From an uncultured Gemmatimonadaceae bacterium (GTDB lineage: Bacteria; Gemmatimonadota; Gemmatimonadetes; Gemmatimonadales; Gemmatimonadaceae): a stretch of 64,000 bases of DNA. Within the stretch, counting starts at the first letter, position 1; the number at the start of each line of letters is the position of its first letter. A program made the position numbers and the translations under genes. Location: positions 256,001 through 320,000 of the forward strand of contig CAWBOC010000009.1 in the NCBI GenBank assembly GCA_963790305.1. The letters run 5' to 3'. This document shows, piece after piece, positions 27,547 through 38,820 of this stretch. A model generated the notes under the pieces. The model ran no database searches, was not told the origin of the DNA, and saw only the letters and a list, made by a program, of their open reading frames with translations.

Positions 27547-30093
27547 ATGCGAGAGTCCTCCGTCTGCCGTTTTCTCATGCTGTGCACGCTCGCACTGTCA
27601 GCGTGCGCGAGCCGACCTCAGGATCCCGCGCCCACACCGGCGCCACAGCAACAGGGTCAGCCGCCGGAGGGGCAGACCGCGCAGCCACGCCGACGCGCAC
27701 GTCCGTACGCGCAGGTCGTCACCGATCGGGCGGTCACCGACACCGGCGGCATCACGGTGCATCGCGTCGAGGACCGCTGGTTGTTCGAGGTTCCCGATTC
27801 GCTCATGGGAAGGGATTTCCTGCTCGTCAGTCGCATCGCGGGGGTGCCGCCGAACTTCGGCGGCTTTCTCTCGGCGGGAACGTCGATCGAGGAGCGCGTG
27901 ATGCGATGGGAGCGACAGCGCGATCGCATCATCCTGCGCACGATCTCGTACGACGCCGTCGCCGATGACACGCTGCCGATCGCGATCTCGGTCGCGAGCA
28001 ACAACGTTGGCGCCATCCTCGCGGCGTTCCCCATCGAGGCGTACGGCAAGGACAGCGCGTCATTCGTCATCGACGTCGGGAGCTTCTTCTCCGGCGACAC
28101 CCCTGCCCTCTCCGGGCTGTCGCCGGCGCAGCGCCGCCAGTACCAGGTTCGGCGGCTCGATCCCGCACGCAGCTTCCTCACCTCGGTAAAATCGTTCCCG
28201 CAAAACGTCGAGGTGCGCCACACGCAAACGTACGACGCTACCGAGCCGCCGGCGGACCGGACCAGCGGAACGATTTCGCTGGACATGCGCCAGTCGATCG
28301 TGCTGCTCCCCAAGGTTCCCATGCGGCCACGCTACGCGGATGCGCGCGCCGGGTTCTTCGCGGTGACCCGGGTGAACTACGGCCTCGACGTGCAGAAGGC
28401 GGATTCGCAGAGCTTCATTCGTCGCTGGCGGCTCGAGCCCAAGGATCCCGCGGCGTACGCGCGCGGAGAGCTCGTGGAGCCGGTGAAGCCGATCGTGTAC
28501 TACATCGACCCGGCGACGCCCACGCGGTGGCGCCCGTACGTGCGGATGGGAATCGAAGACTGGCAGAAACCGTTCGAGAAGGCCGGCTTCAAGAACGCGA
28601 TCCTCGCCAAGGATCCGCCGAGCGCGGCTGACGATCCGGATTGGGATCCGGAAGACATTCGATATTCGGTGGTCCGGTGGGCGGCGAGTCTCGTGCGCAA
28701 CGCCGTGGGTCCGAGCACGTCGGATCCGCGCACCGGCGAGATCATCGAGAGCGACATCACGTTCTATCACAACCATATGCGGTCGTACCGGAATCGTCTG
28801 CTCATCGAGACGGGCGCCGCCAACCCGGTGGCTCGCACGCTCGACATGCCTGAAGCGCTCATGGGCGAGACGATGCGGAAGGTCATCACCCACGAGGTCG
28901 GCCATGCGATCGGCCTGCCGCACAACATGATCGCGTCGAGCTCCATCCCAATCGACTCGCTGCGGAGCGCCTCCTTCGCCAGTCGGTACGGCGTGTCGCT
29001 GACGATCATGGACTATGCGCGGCAGAACTACATCGCGCAGCCCGGTGACAGCCTCACGCCGACGTCGTTCGTGCGGCGTCTTGGCCCCTTCGATGACTTC
29101 ATCGTCAACTGGGGCTATCGGGTCATTCCGGAGGCGCGCACGCCGGAAGAGGAGCGTGCCCTGCTCGACCGATGGCTGCGCGAGCAGAGCGGACCCATGC
29201 GGTACCGCTATCTCCCGCAGTACCTCGCGGGCGTCGATCCTCGCTCGCAAACCGAGGACGTGGGCGACGATCCGGTGCGCGCCAGCACGTACGCCATCGA
29301 GAATCTCAAACGGGTGGTGCCGAATCTCGTCGGGTGGACCACCCGCAACGGTGACGACTACTCCGAGCTCAACGAGCTCTACGGCGAGGCGTTAGGCATG
29401 TGGGCGCGGTACATGGGCCACGTCGTCTCGGTGATCGGAGGGGTGCAGGTCGACCTCAAGACCGCCGACCAGGACGGGGTCGTTTTCAGCGCGGTCGACC
29501 GCGAGCGCCAGCAGGCCGCGCTCCGGTTCCTGGGCGAGCAGGCGTTCCGCACGCCATCCTGGCTGGCTCCCGACGAAATCCTTTCGCGCATCGGGCCACC
29601 CGCGGGGCAGACGTCGCTCGTCGATCGTCAGGCGGCCGTCGTCACCCAGCTGCTCGACGCTCGGCGACTTGCACGGCTCGCGCAGTCCGAGACAATGAAT
29701 GAGCGCAATGCCTACGCGCCGGCGGTCTACCTCGCTGACCTGCGACGCGCAATGTGGGGAGCGCCAGGCTCGCTGACGACCCCCGATGCCAATCGTCGCA
29801 CGCTCCACCGTGTCTACCTTGAGCGCCTGGCGGCGCTCGTCGAGCCGCCGCAGGCGCCACCGGCCGGCGGCGGTCAAGGGGGCGGAGCGGGCGGACCCCC
29901 GCAGGAGCCGCCATCGCCACTCCTTGTAGCGCCTAACGTGCCACGGACCGATCTTCCCGCGCTCGCGCGGAGTCAGCTCCGCGCCATTCAGGCCGACGCT
30001 CGCCGCGCCGCGGGTGTCGCACCATCGGCCGTCGTGCGCGCGCACTGGCAGGATGTGGCGGATCGCGTGGAGAAGGTGCTGAGGCCGGACTGA
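27547..30093 (+). CDS. Zinc-dependent metalloprotease lipoprotein (EcxA/DUF4953-DUF5117 type)
   Basis: Lipobox LSAC; PMRPRYADAR, HEVGHAIGLPHN, TIMDY Met-turn. Confidence 0.9.
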   Translation: MRESSVCRFLMLCTLALSACASRPQDPAPTPAPQQQGQPPEGQTAQPRRRARPYAQVVTDRAVTDTGGITVHRVEDRWLFEVPDSLMGRDFLLVSRIAGVPPNFGGFLSAGTSIEERVMRWERQRDRIILRTISYDAVADDTLPIAISVASNNVGAILAAFPIEAYGKDSASFVIDVGSFFSGDTPALSGLSPAQRRQYQVRRLDPARSFLTSVKSFPQNVEVRHTQTYDATEPPADRTSGTISLDMRQSIVLLPKVPMRPRYADARAGFFAVTRVNYGLDVQKADSQSFIRRWRLEPKDPAAYARGELVEPVKPIVYYIDPATPTRWRPYVRMGIEDWQKPFEKAGFKNAILAKDPPSAADDPDWDPEDIRYSVVRWAASLVRNAVGPSTSDPRTGEIIESDITFYHNHMRSYRNRLLIETGAANPVARTLDMPEALMGETMRKVITHEVGHAIGLPHNMIASSSIPIDSLRSASFASRYGVSLTIMDYARQNYIAQPGDSLTPTSFVRRLGPFDDFIVNWGYRVIPEARTPEEERALLDRWLREQSGPMRYRYLPQYLAGVDPRSQTEDVGDDPVRASTYAIENLKRVVPNLVGWTTRNGDDYSELNELYGEALGMWARYMGHVVSVIGGVQVDLKTADQDGVVFSAVDRERQQAALRFLGEQAFRTPSWLAPDEILSRIGPPAGQTSLVDRQAAVVTQLLDARRLARLAQSETMNERNAYAPAVYLADLRRAMWGAPGSLTTPDANRRTLHRVYLERLAALVEPPQAPPAGGGQGGGAGGPPQEPPSPLLVAPNVPRTDLPALARSQLRAIQADARRAAGVAPSAVVRAHWQDVADRVEKVLRPD

Positions 30094-30105
30094 GGCCGAA
30101 AGCGC

Positions 30106-32359
30106 CTAGAGCTTCATCTTCTCGACGAGCGCCTGAAACCTCGGGGATTCTCGAAGCGGGTCGAATATCGGGTTGATTCGGAGATACGCCACCCAGCCGC
30201 GCCGCTCCTCGCGTGCGCGCTCGGTCCAGTCGAGCGCCTGCTCGACATCGCCGATTCCGAGGTACAGCGTTGCGAACGCCACCGAGGACACGTAGCCGCT
30301 CTCGGCACGCTTCTCGAGATCGTTGACGAGTGCGAGCGCCCCCTCTCGATCGCCTTTCCGGCCGAGGACGTAGCCCAGCGTTGCGATCGCGTACGGGCCC
30401 GCGCCGCGAAGCGTGATCGCCTCGCGGAGCACGCGCTCCCCTTCGACCAGGTCTCCGTCGATGGCGTGTGCGAGGCCAAGCACGCGGTACGTCTCCTCGG
30501 CCTCGGGATTCATCTCGATGGCGCGTGAGAGATGATACCGCGCCTGTTCGTACCGGCGCGCGTAGTAGTACAGCCAGCCTAACGTGCGACGAATGGACAC
30601 CGAGGCCGGGTCGAGCTCTTGCGCGACATGACCCTCGAGTAGCGCCTCGTCGAGCCGCCCACGCGAGGCCAGCGAGAACGCATGCCACTGGTGCGCCGTC
30701 GCATATCGAGGGTCGAGCTCGATCGCGCGCCGGAATTCCTTGGTGGCACCCTCCCAGTCCCAGTCGTAGATGAACATGCTCCACGCCAGCGACGTGTGGG
30801 CCTCGGCCAGTGATTCATCGAGGGCGAGCGCTTTCCGCGCGTACTCTTTCGCGCGCTCGTGCCACTCCTGCACAGGAACGCTGCGGTAATCGAGCAGCAG
30901 GGCGAACGAGTCGGAGAGTCCCGTGTACGCGAGGGCATACTTCGGGTCCTCGCTGATCGCCTGCTCGAAGAAGTCGATTGCCTCGAACACCGCCTCCTGC
31001 GACCGCTTGTTCCACGCGTGGCGCCCGCGCAGATAGAGCGAGTGTGCCCGCACGTTCTCCGTTTGCCGTCGGGCGACCGGCGTCTCGAGTGACGCGAACG
31101 TGGTCGCGCGCAGCGTGCTCACGATCGTGTTCGCGATCTCGTCCTGAATGGCGAACACATCCTCGAGCGTCCGATCATACCGCTGCGACCAGAGCAGCTG
31201 TCCGTCATCGGTGGAGGAGAGCTGGGCAGTGATGCGAAGGCGCTCTCCAGCCTTTCGCACCGTCCCATCGAGGACGACGGATGCGCCGAGCAGGGCGCCA
31301 ATCGCGCGGACATCCTGGGCCTTGCCTTTGAGCGCGAACACCGACGTCCGCGATGAGACGCGCAGCCCCTCGACCTTCGCCAGAGCGACAATCAGCTCAT
31401 CGGTGATGCCATCGCTGAGGTACTCGTTTTCGGCATCGGAGCTGGCGTTGATGAACGGCAGCACGGCGATCGTGCGCGGCGCCGCGCGAGCCGTGGACAG
31501 CCGCGGGAGTGCGCTCGCGTCGAGTGCGGCGAGGAACTCGTTGACGCTCCCATAACGCGCCTCGGGCGCCTTCGCCAGCGCCTTGGTGAGGACCTGGTCG
31601 AGCGCGAGGGGCAGCTCCGGGCGCACGGCGCGCATCGAAGGCGGCGTTCGTGTCACATGCATCGCCATCGTCGCGCGGCTGTTCGGCCCGCGGAACGGTG
31701 GGTCGCCCGTCAGCATCTCGTAAATCACGCACGCGAGGCTGTAGAGATCGCTCGGCACTCCGAGATCGCGCTCCCCACTCGCCTGCTCGGGGCTCATGTA
31801 TTCGGGCGTGCCGAGCGCGAGTCCCACCTCGGTGATCGCCTGAGTGCTCTCGGTGGAGCAGACGAAGGCGATGCCGAAATCGGCGAGCATCGCCTGCCCC
31901 TCGGAAAGGAGGATGTTCTCTGGCTTGACGTCGCGGTGCACGTACCCGCTGCGGTGCGCGCTCTGGAGCGCCGAGCCGACCTCGTGCGCTACGCGCAGCG
32001 CGTCGCCCAGGGCAAGGGTATGCTCGCGATTCAACCGGTCGCGCAGCGAACCGCCCGGGACGTAAACGCGAGACGTAGTACAACCGACCGTCGGCCTCGC
32101 CGGAGTCGATGAGGGGCACGATGTGGGGATGCGACAGACGCGCCGCAATGCGGATCTCGCGCTCGAACCGCTCCGCGCCTAACGCCCTCGTGAGATCGGG
32201 ATGGAGCACCTTGATCGCGACCCGACGGGAGTGTTTCTGCTCCTCCGCCAGGTAGACCGTCGCCATTCCGCCATAGCCCAGCGGGCGCTCAATGACGTAG
32301 CGGCCGGCCAGTACATGGCCGGGCTCGAAAGCGGCTGGCGACGAGATGGGGGTGGTCAC
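30106..32359 (-). CDS. Hanks-type Ser/Thr kinase with TolB-like and TPR domains, one frameshift near 32070
   Basis: LGYGGMATVY, VAIKVL in one frame; HRDVKPEN, DFG, GTPEYMSPEQ, IAVLPF, TPRs in another. Confidence 0.88.
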
Positions 32360-32472
32360 GAGGATACAACGCGCGGAAGGGACGGATCGTGCGAGGCTGT
32401 TGGAGCCTTATCATCCGCCCCCATCGGCGGCCCCGCAAGGCGGGCGGCCGGGCATTATCGTATCATACAGGA

Positions 32473-33657
32473 ATGGCACAACTGACCGCTCCGCGCGACT
32501 GGGATTCACGCCTCCGCGGACTTCCCGAGCTGAGCAGCGCCGAGCTGCAGCGGTACGGGAGGCACCTCGTCCTGCCCAACGTGGGCCTGGACGGGCAGCG
32601 CCGGCTGAAGGCGGGTCGTGTTCTGCTGGTGGGCGCGGGCGGGCTCGGGTCCCCGGTGGCGTTGTACCTGGCAGCCGCCGGCGTCGGCACACTGGGCCTC
32701 ATCGACTTCGACGTCGTGGACCTCTCCAACCTCCAGCGGCAGGTGCTCCACGGCACCAGCGACGTCGGCCGCTCCAAGCTGGATTCGGCACGGGACCGCA
32801 TTCGGGACGTCAACCCGCACGTCGCGGTGGACACGTACGAGATGCGGCTGACGTCCGCCAATGCGATCGACATCCTGAGCGAGTACGATGTCGTGGTCGA
32901 CGGCACCGATAACTTCGCGACCCGCTATCTCACCAACGACGCGTGCGTCCTCCTCGGCAAGCCTAACGTCTACGGATCGATCTTTCGATTCGAGGGTCAG
33001 GCCTCCGTGTTCGCGACCGAGACCGGACCCTGCTATCGGTGCCTGTATCCCGAGCCACCGCCGCCCGGCCTCGTGCCCAGCTGCGTGGAGGGTGGCGTGC
33101 TGGGGGTGTTGCCGGGGATCGTGGGCACGATCCAGGCGACGGAGGCGCTCAAGCTGCTGCTCGGTATCGGCGATCCGCTCGTCGGGCGACTCCTGTTGAT
33201 CGACGCACTGGGCTCGCGCTTCCGCACGGTGCAGCTGGATCGCGACCCTGCCTGTCCCGCCTGCGGCACCCGGGAGATCCGGGAGCTCATCGATTACGAC
33301 GCGTTCTGCGGGGCGGCGGCGCCAGGGAATGCAGGTGTCGCGTCTGACGTAACCCCGATCGAGCTTGCGCGACGTCTGGCGCGCGGCGAGGTGCCTGACA
33401 TCATCGACGTGCGCGAGCCGTACGAGTGGCAGATCGCCCGGATTCCCGGCGCGCGGCTCATCCCGCTGGGCACGCTCAACCAGGCGCTGTCATCGCTTGA
33501 CCCGAGCCGTGACATCCTGGTGTACTGTCACCACGGCATTCGCAGCGCACACGCCGCCGAACAGCTCCGCGCCGCGGGATTCACGCGGGTGTCGAATCTC
33601 GCCGGGGGTATCGAGCGCTGGAGTCAGGACGTAGACCCGAGTGTACCGAGGTATTAG
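32473..33657 (+). CDS. moeB: MoeB/MoeZ adenylyltransferase with C-terminal rhodanese
   Basis: RYGRH, GAGGLG, SNLQRQ, CYRC, CPAC, DVREPYE, CHHGIRS. Confidence 0.92.
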   Translation: MAQLTAPRDWDSRLRGLPELSSAELQRYGRHLVLPNVGLDGQRRLKAGRVLLVGAGGLGSPVALYLAAAGVGTLGLIDFDVVDLSNLQRQVLHGTSDVGRSKLDSARDRIRDVNPHVAVDTYEMRLTSANAIDILSEYDVVVDGTDNFATRYLTNDACVLLGKPNVYGSIFRFEGQASVFATETGPCYRCLYPEPPPPGLVPSCVEGGVLGVLPGIVGTIQATEALKLLLGIGDPLVGRLLLIDALGSRFRTVQLDRDPACPACGTREIRELIDYDAFCGAAAPGNAGVASDVTPIELARRLARGEVPDIIDVREPYEWQIARIPGARLIPLGTLNQALSSLDPSRDILVYCHHGIRSAHAAEQLRAAGFTRVSNLAGGIERWSQDVDPSVPRY

Positions 33658-33669
33658 GGCGAGCCTTGC

Positions 33670-33694
33670 TCTTTATCATAAAGTGCTTTATCAT
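33670..33694. promoter_or_regulatory. AT-rich operator-like site: palindrome CTTTAT-C-ATAAAG plus direct repeat CTTTATCAT twice
   Basis: Stands out in high-GC DNA, about 35 bp upstream of a small gene. Confidence 0.5.
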
Positions 33695-33729
33695 GCTGCA
33701 GCCCTTACCTCGCCACGGTGGGTGACGAC

Positions 33730-34023
33730 ATGACGCCATGGACGCTGTTGAAGCACCCGAGCGCATTCCTGCCAGTGGCCATGTCGCTCGGCGCACTGGC
33801 CACGATCGGGATTTTCATCGTCTTGCACGGGACGGCGCCGCAGGTCGATGAAGGGACGGCCGCTCATCTCTGGCAGATCCTGATGGCCGCGCAGGCACCG
33901 ATCGTCTTGTACTTCGCGGTCACATGGGTGACGCGATCACCAAGACAGGCGCTCCCCGTTCTGGCCTTGCAGGTCGTCGCTGCGTTGGCGGCGATGGCGC
34001 CGGTCTTCCTGCTTCACTGGTAG
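33730..34023 (+). CDS. Small 3-TM membrane protein
   Basis: HPSAFLPVAMS...DEGTAAHLWQILM. Confidence 0.7.
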   Translation: MTPWTLLKHPSAFLPVAMSLGALATIGIFIVLHGTAPQVDEGTAAHLWQILMAAQAPIVLYFAVTWVTRSPRQALPVLALQVVAALAAMAPVFLLHW

Positions 34024-34042
34024 CCCGCCGGAGCGTTCCGCT

Positions 34043-34645
34043 CTATTCGTCGGGGGATGCGCCCGGCTCCAGCACTCGCGCCTCGACTCCACCCATGAAC
34101 GCGAAGCCAGTCAACCGGACGACCGGCGCGTTTGGATCCCCCGACGCCGGCTGCTTGAGCTGATCCTCGAAGCCGCCCATGAAGGCGAACCCGTCGGACT
34201 CGAGGCGGACGTTAGGCGGAACGGTCACGACGACGCCGCCCATGACCGCGAAGACGTCGATCTCGGTCACGCCCGGATCCAGCGCTGCCTCACGCAGATC
34301 CAGCTCGATCCCGCCCATGAAGGCGACGGCGTGAATGCGATTCGGCACGACCCAGGCACCGCGACGGACGACCCCGCTCATCACGGCGACGAAGTTGCGC
34401 GCACGCGACCGCTTCTCGGCGGGAACGCGCGGGCTCGGGGGCGGGACGATCGTCAGCGCAGGAAGCCCGACGAGCACGGAATCGAGCGCCTCCGGACTGC
34501 GCGCGGCGTACGCCTGCTCGAGCCTCGACTCGAGCTCCTCGAGCGTGAGCTGATCACGGGCGTAGTGAATGCTGAGACGCTCCACGGCGCGCTCTCGCGC
34601 GGCATCGAGACTTGCCGCGGGAACCGGACGGCCGGGGTTGGTCAT
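34043..34645 (-). CDS. DUF1707 (SHOCT-like) plus LiaF/DUF2154-like protein
   Basis: RERAVERLS...ELESRLEQAYAA; repeated MGG (FMGGIELDLR). Confidence 0.85.
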   Translation of the reverse strand: MTNPGRPVPAASLDAARERAVERLSIHYARDQLTLEELESRLEQAYAARSPEALDSVLVGLPALTIVPPPSPRVPAEKRSRARNFVAVMSGVVRRGAWVVPNRIHAVAFMGGIELDLREAALDPGVTEIDVFAVMGGVVVTVPPNVRLESDGFAFMGGFEDQLKQPASGDPNAPVVRLTGFAFMGGVEARVLEPGASPDE

Positions 34646-34655
34646 GCCCGCGGCG

Positions 34656-35525
<870 letters not shown>

Positions 35526-35528
35526 GAT

Positions 35529-35635
35529 CTCGAGGTAGTCAAGGTGATCGAGGTAGTCGAGGTGATCGAGGGAACATGCAGTCCGAGGTGTTACCCTCGA
35601 CCACCTGGACTACCTCGATCACCTCGACCACCTCG
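35529..35635. repeat. 9-bp-periodic palindromic element, copy 3 (NCS1 stop codon lies in the loop)
   Basis: gaggtagtc aaggtgatc gaggtagtc gaggtgatc ... gaccacctg gactacctc gatcacctc gaccacctc. Confidence 0.85.
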
Positions 35636-37105
35636 GCTCAGAACCAGATAAAAGGCAAAGCTCAACCCAAACGTCACAAACCACGCATACGAGTATAGCT
35701 GATCGAACAGATTCGGGTCCGCGACGCGGCCGCCGGGGGTCAGCGCGGCACGAATGAAGCCCGGGACGACGGGAAGAACGGACAGGACAAGGGCCGCGAC
35801 GGCCCGCCAGTTGTAGCCGTTGCGGTAGCTGTACGCGCCCTGCTCCCGGAAGAGATCGCCGACGAGAAGCTTCTGGCGGCGCAGCACCCAGTAGTCCGCG
35901 ATCAGGATCCCGCCAAGAGCACCCATGAGGCTCGAGTAGCCGAGGAGCCAGGTGAAGATGTACGCCGCGGCGTCGGAGTAGAGCTTCCACGGCATCATCA
36001 GGACGCCGATCACCGCCGTGATCAGGCCGCCCCGCACGTAGCTGATGCGCTTCGGGCTCAGGTTCGAGAAGTCGTTCGACGGGGAGACGACATTCGCCGC
36101 CATGTTGGTGGTGATCTGCGCCGCCAGCACGATGAGCGCGGCGAAGATGATGAGCCCTGCCCCGCCGATGCGACTCACCAGCACGACGGGATCCCAGATC
36201 GCCTCACCGAAGATCACGATCGTCGCCGCGGTCACCGCGACACCGATGAACGCGAACAGCGTCATCGTCGTCGGCAGGCCTAACGCCTGGCCGAGCGCCT
36301 GCGATCGCTGGCTCTTGGCGTAGCGGGTGAAATCGGGGATGTTGAGGCTGAGCGTCGCCCAGTAGCCGACGTTCGCCGTCAGTGCGGCGGGAAAGAGCAC
36401 CCAGAATGGCGTCCCGCCAGGTCCCTGCAGTCGTTGCGATTGCGCCAGGACGTTCGTTAGGCCCCCGCCGTTCCGGATGCCCCACCACAACAGCAGGAGT
36501 CCGCCACCGAGCAGAAGGGGGGCCGACCAGCTCTCGAGCACCTTGATGCCTTCCGTCCCCTTGAGAATGATGGCCACCTGGAGCAGCCAGAAAATCGCGA
36601 AGGCGATCCACGTCGCGCCGGGGATCGACGCCCATGTCGGCCAGGCGGCGCGGAAGAGCGCGTCGAGGGCGAGTGCGCCGATCCACGTCTGAATGCCGAA
36701 CCAGCCGCAGGCCACGATTGCGCGGAGAATGGCGGGAATGTTGGCGCCGCGTACCCCGAAGCTGGCTCGACACAGCACCGGAAACGAGATCCCGTAGCGC
36801 GTGCCGGCGTGGGCGTTCAGGATCATCGGGATCAACACGATCGCGTTGCCGAGGAGGATGACGAGCAGGGCCTGCCACCAGTTCATGCCCTGCGACATGA
36901 GGCCGGAGGCGAGCGTGTAGGTCGTGATGACGACGCTCATCCCGATCCAGAGCGCCGCGATGTTGTACGTCGACCAGGTACGCCGCTCGGGCGGCGTCGG
37001 GGCAAGATCGGGATTCCACAGCGGGCTATCGGAGAGGTCCTCGTGCGTGACGACGACGTCCGGCGTGTATGCGTCCGAACGCGCCGGCGCGACGGGAGTG
37101 CTCAC
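35591..37105 (-). CDS. NCS1 nucleobase:cation symporter
   Basis: RRTWSTYN, RASFGVRGA, CGWFGIQ, NIPDFTRY, MPWKL. Confidence 0.92.
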   Translation of the reverse strand: MSTPVAPARSDAYTPDVVVTHEDLSDSPLWNPDLAPTPPERRTWSTYNIAALWIGMSVVITTYTLASGLMSQGMNWWQALLVILLGNAIVLIPMILNAHAGTRYGISFPVLCRASFGVRGANIPAILRAIVACGWFGIQTWIGALALDALFRAAWPTWASIPGATWIAFAIFWLLQVAIILKGTEGIKVLESWSAPLLLGGGLLLLWWGIRNGGGLTNVLAQSQRLQGPGGTPFWVLFPAALTANVGYWATLSLNIPDFTRYAKSQRSQALGQALGLPTTMTLFAFIGVAVTAATIVIFGEAIWDPVVLVSRIGGAGLIIFAALIVLAAQITTNMAANVVSPSNDFSNLSPKRISYVRGGLITAVIGVLMMPWKLYSDAAAYIFTWLLGYSSLMGALGGILIADYWVLRRQKLLVGDLFREQGAYSYRNGYNWRAVAALVLSVLPVVPGFIRAALTPGGRVADPNLFDQLYSYAWFVTFGLSFAFYLVLSRGGRGDRGSPGGRG

Positions 37106-38580
37106 GACGCGCCTGCGATCTCGAGCTCCTCGGCGCGCAACGGCGACAGCGGTCCGCGCGACATGCGCATCGCGGGCGGCTCGCTGCCCATCCCCGCCAG
37201 GCCGGCGCTCGTGCGCGACAGCCATTGGCCTCGCCCTTCCCTCCCGACCACCTTGTAGTCGTCGACGATCACGTCCCCACGAGACAGCGTGGTGCGGGCG
37301 AAGCCGGCGAGCTGCCATCCCTCGAAGGGCGACCAGTCGGCGTTCGTCTCCATGCGCGAGGGGGTCACCGTCTCGCGGCGCTGGGGATGAATGATCGCCA
37401 GGTCGGCGTCGGCCCCGACCTGGATCGCACCCTTTCGCGGATACAGCCCCATGACGCGGGCGGGGTTCGTGCTCAGCTTGGCGCTCATCTCCTCGAGCGT
37501 GAGCCGTCCCTCGAGCACGCCGCGAGTGTACGTGAGCGGAAGAAGGGTCTCGAGTCCCGGCATTCCCATGGGGATCTTCGTCCAGTCACCGTTCCACATC
37601 GCCTTCTGCTCACGCGTGAACGTGCACGTGTCGGTCGAGATCACCGACACCTCACCGCTGCGAAGCCCCTTCCAGAGACGTTCGACATCGGCCGGCTTCT
37701 TCAGCTGCGGGCAGCAGGCGAACAAATGCCCGTCGTCGCGATCGAACACCGAGTCGTCGAGCACGAGATATTGTGCGCACGTCTCGGCGATCACCGGCAC
37801 GCCGCGCGCCTGCGCGGCCCGGATGATGTCCGCGCCCTCGGCGGTCGACATGTGCACGATGTAGAGCTGACCCCCAGTCGCTTCGCTCCATTGCACGGCG
37901 CGCTGGATCGCTTCGGCCTCGATGAAGTTCGGCCGTGTCATCCGGTGCAGCCGGGCGCCGTACTTCTTCATCAGCTCGGGGGTGTGATACCGCGAGATCA
38001 GCTCGTCGAGCACGCGCGCCGACTCGGCGTGGACGAGAAGCATCGTCCCATACTCCTTCATCTTCTCCAGCGTGCCGAACATCGCGCGATCGTCCGACTG
38101 CCACCCCTCGGACTCGTAGATCATGAACTCCTTGAAGGTGGTGAACCCGCGGTCCACCATCTCCTTGATCTGGTTCTTGTGGTCGTTCCACCGCGTGACG
38201 CAGATGTGGAAGGTGTAGTCAATGAGCGATTTCCCTTCCGCCTTCTTGTGCCAGTTGTCGGCCGCCTGTCCTAACGATTCTCCAGCATAGGGAATCGCGA
38301 AGTCGATGACGGTGGTCACTCCTCCGCGCGCGCCCGCCCGTGTCCCCGTGCGGTAGTCGTCCGCGGACACGGTACCGCAGAAGGGCAATTCGAGGTGCAC
38401 GTGGACGTCGAGAACGCCTGGAATGACGTGGTGTCCACGTGCATCGATCACCTGCGCGCCCTCGGCCTCGAGCGACGTGCCGAGCGCCGCGATCTTCTCG
38501 CCGGCAATGCCAATGTCCCCGACGAACGTGCCGGCTGGCGTGACGACGTTGCCGCCCTTGATCACTCTATCGAATCTCAT
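37102..38580 (-). CDS. hydA: Dihydropyrimidinase/hydantoinase
   Basis: PGVLDVHVH, GGVTTVIDF, TFKEFM, VHAE, VHMST, STD, GADADL. Confidence 0.92.
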   Translation of the reverse strand: MRFDRVIKGGNVVTPAGTFVGDIGIAGEKIAALGTSLEAEGAQVIDARGHHVIPGVLDVHVHLELPFCGTVSADDYRTGTRAGARGGVTTVIDFAIPYAGESLGQAADNWHKKAEGKSLIDYTFHICVTRWNDHKNQIKEMVDRGFTTFKEFMIYESEGWQSDDRAMFGTLEKMKEYGTMLLVHAESARVLDELISRYHTPELMKKYGARLHRMTRPNFIEAEAIQRAVQWSEATGGQLYIVHMSTAEGADIIRAAQARGVPVIAETCAQYLVLDDSVFDRDDGHLFACCPQLKKPADVERLWKGLRSGEVSVISTDTCTFTREQKAMWNGDWTKIPMGMPGLETLLPLTYTRGVLEGRLTLEEMSAKLSTNPARVMGLYPRKGAIQVGADADLAIIHPQRRETVTPSRMETNADWSPFEGWQLAGFARTTLSRGDVIVDDYKVVGREGRGQWLSRTSAGLAGMGSEPPAMRMSRGPLSPLRAEELEIAGAS

Positions 38581-38613
38581 GTGCTGCTCCTGTCTCTGCC
38601 TCCCTGTCTGGGT

Positions 38614-38817
38614 TCATCGCGCAACGAGTGTAAGGAACCGCAGATAGCCGCAGATAGCCGCAAAAACTGCAATGCCCGCGCGGGCCGCATCGTACGCTCC
38701 GAAAGTGTAGCCAGAGAACTTTTGGAACTTCCATGCCGCGTTTTGCTATCACGCGCCCGGAACAATTTTGCGGCCATCTGCGGCCATCTGCGGTTCCTTA
38801 CACTCGTTGCGCGATGA
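38614..38817. mobile_element. 204-bp MITE-like element with about 52-bp terminal inverted repeats containing 10-bp tandem units
   Basis: TCATCGCGCAACGAGTGTAAGGAACCGCAGAT(A/G)GCCGCAGAT(A/G)GCCGCAAAA at both ends, 2 mismatches. Confidence 0.75.
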
Positions 38818-38820
38818 CCA

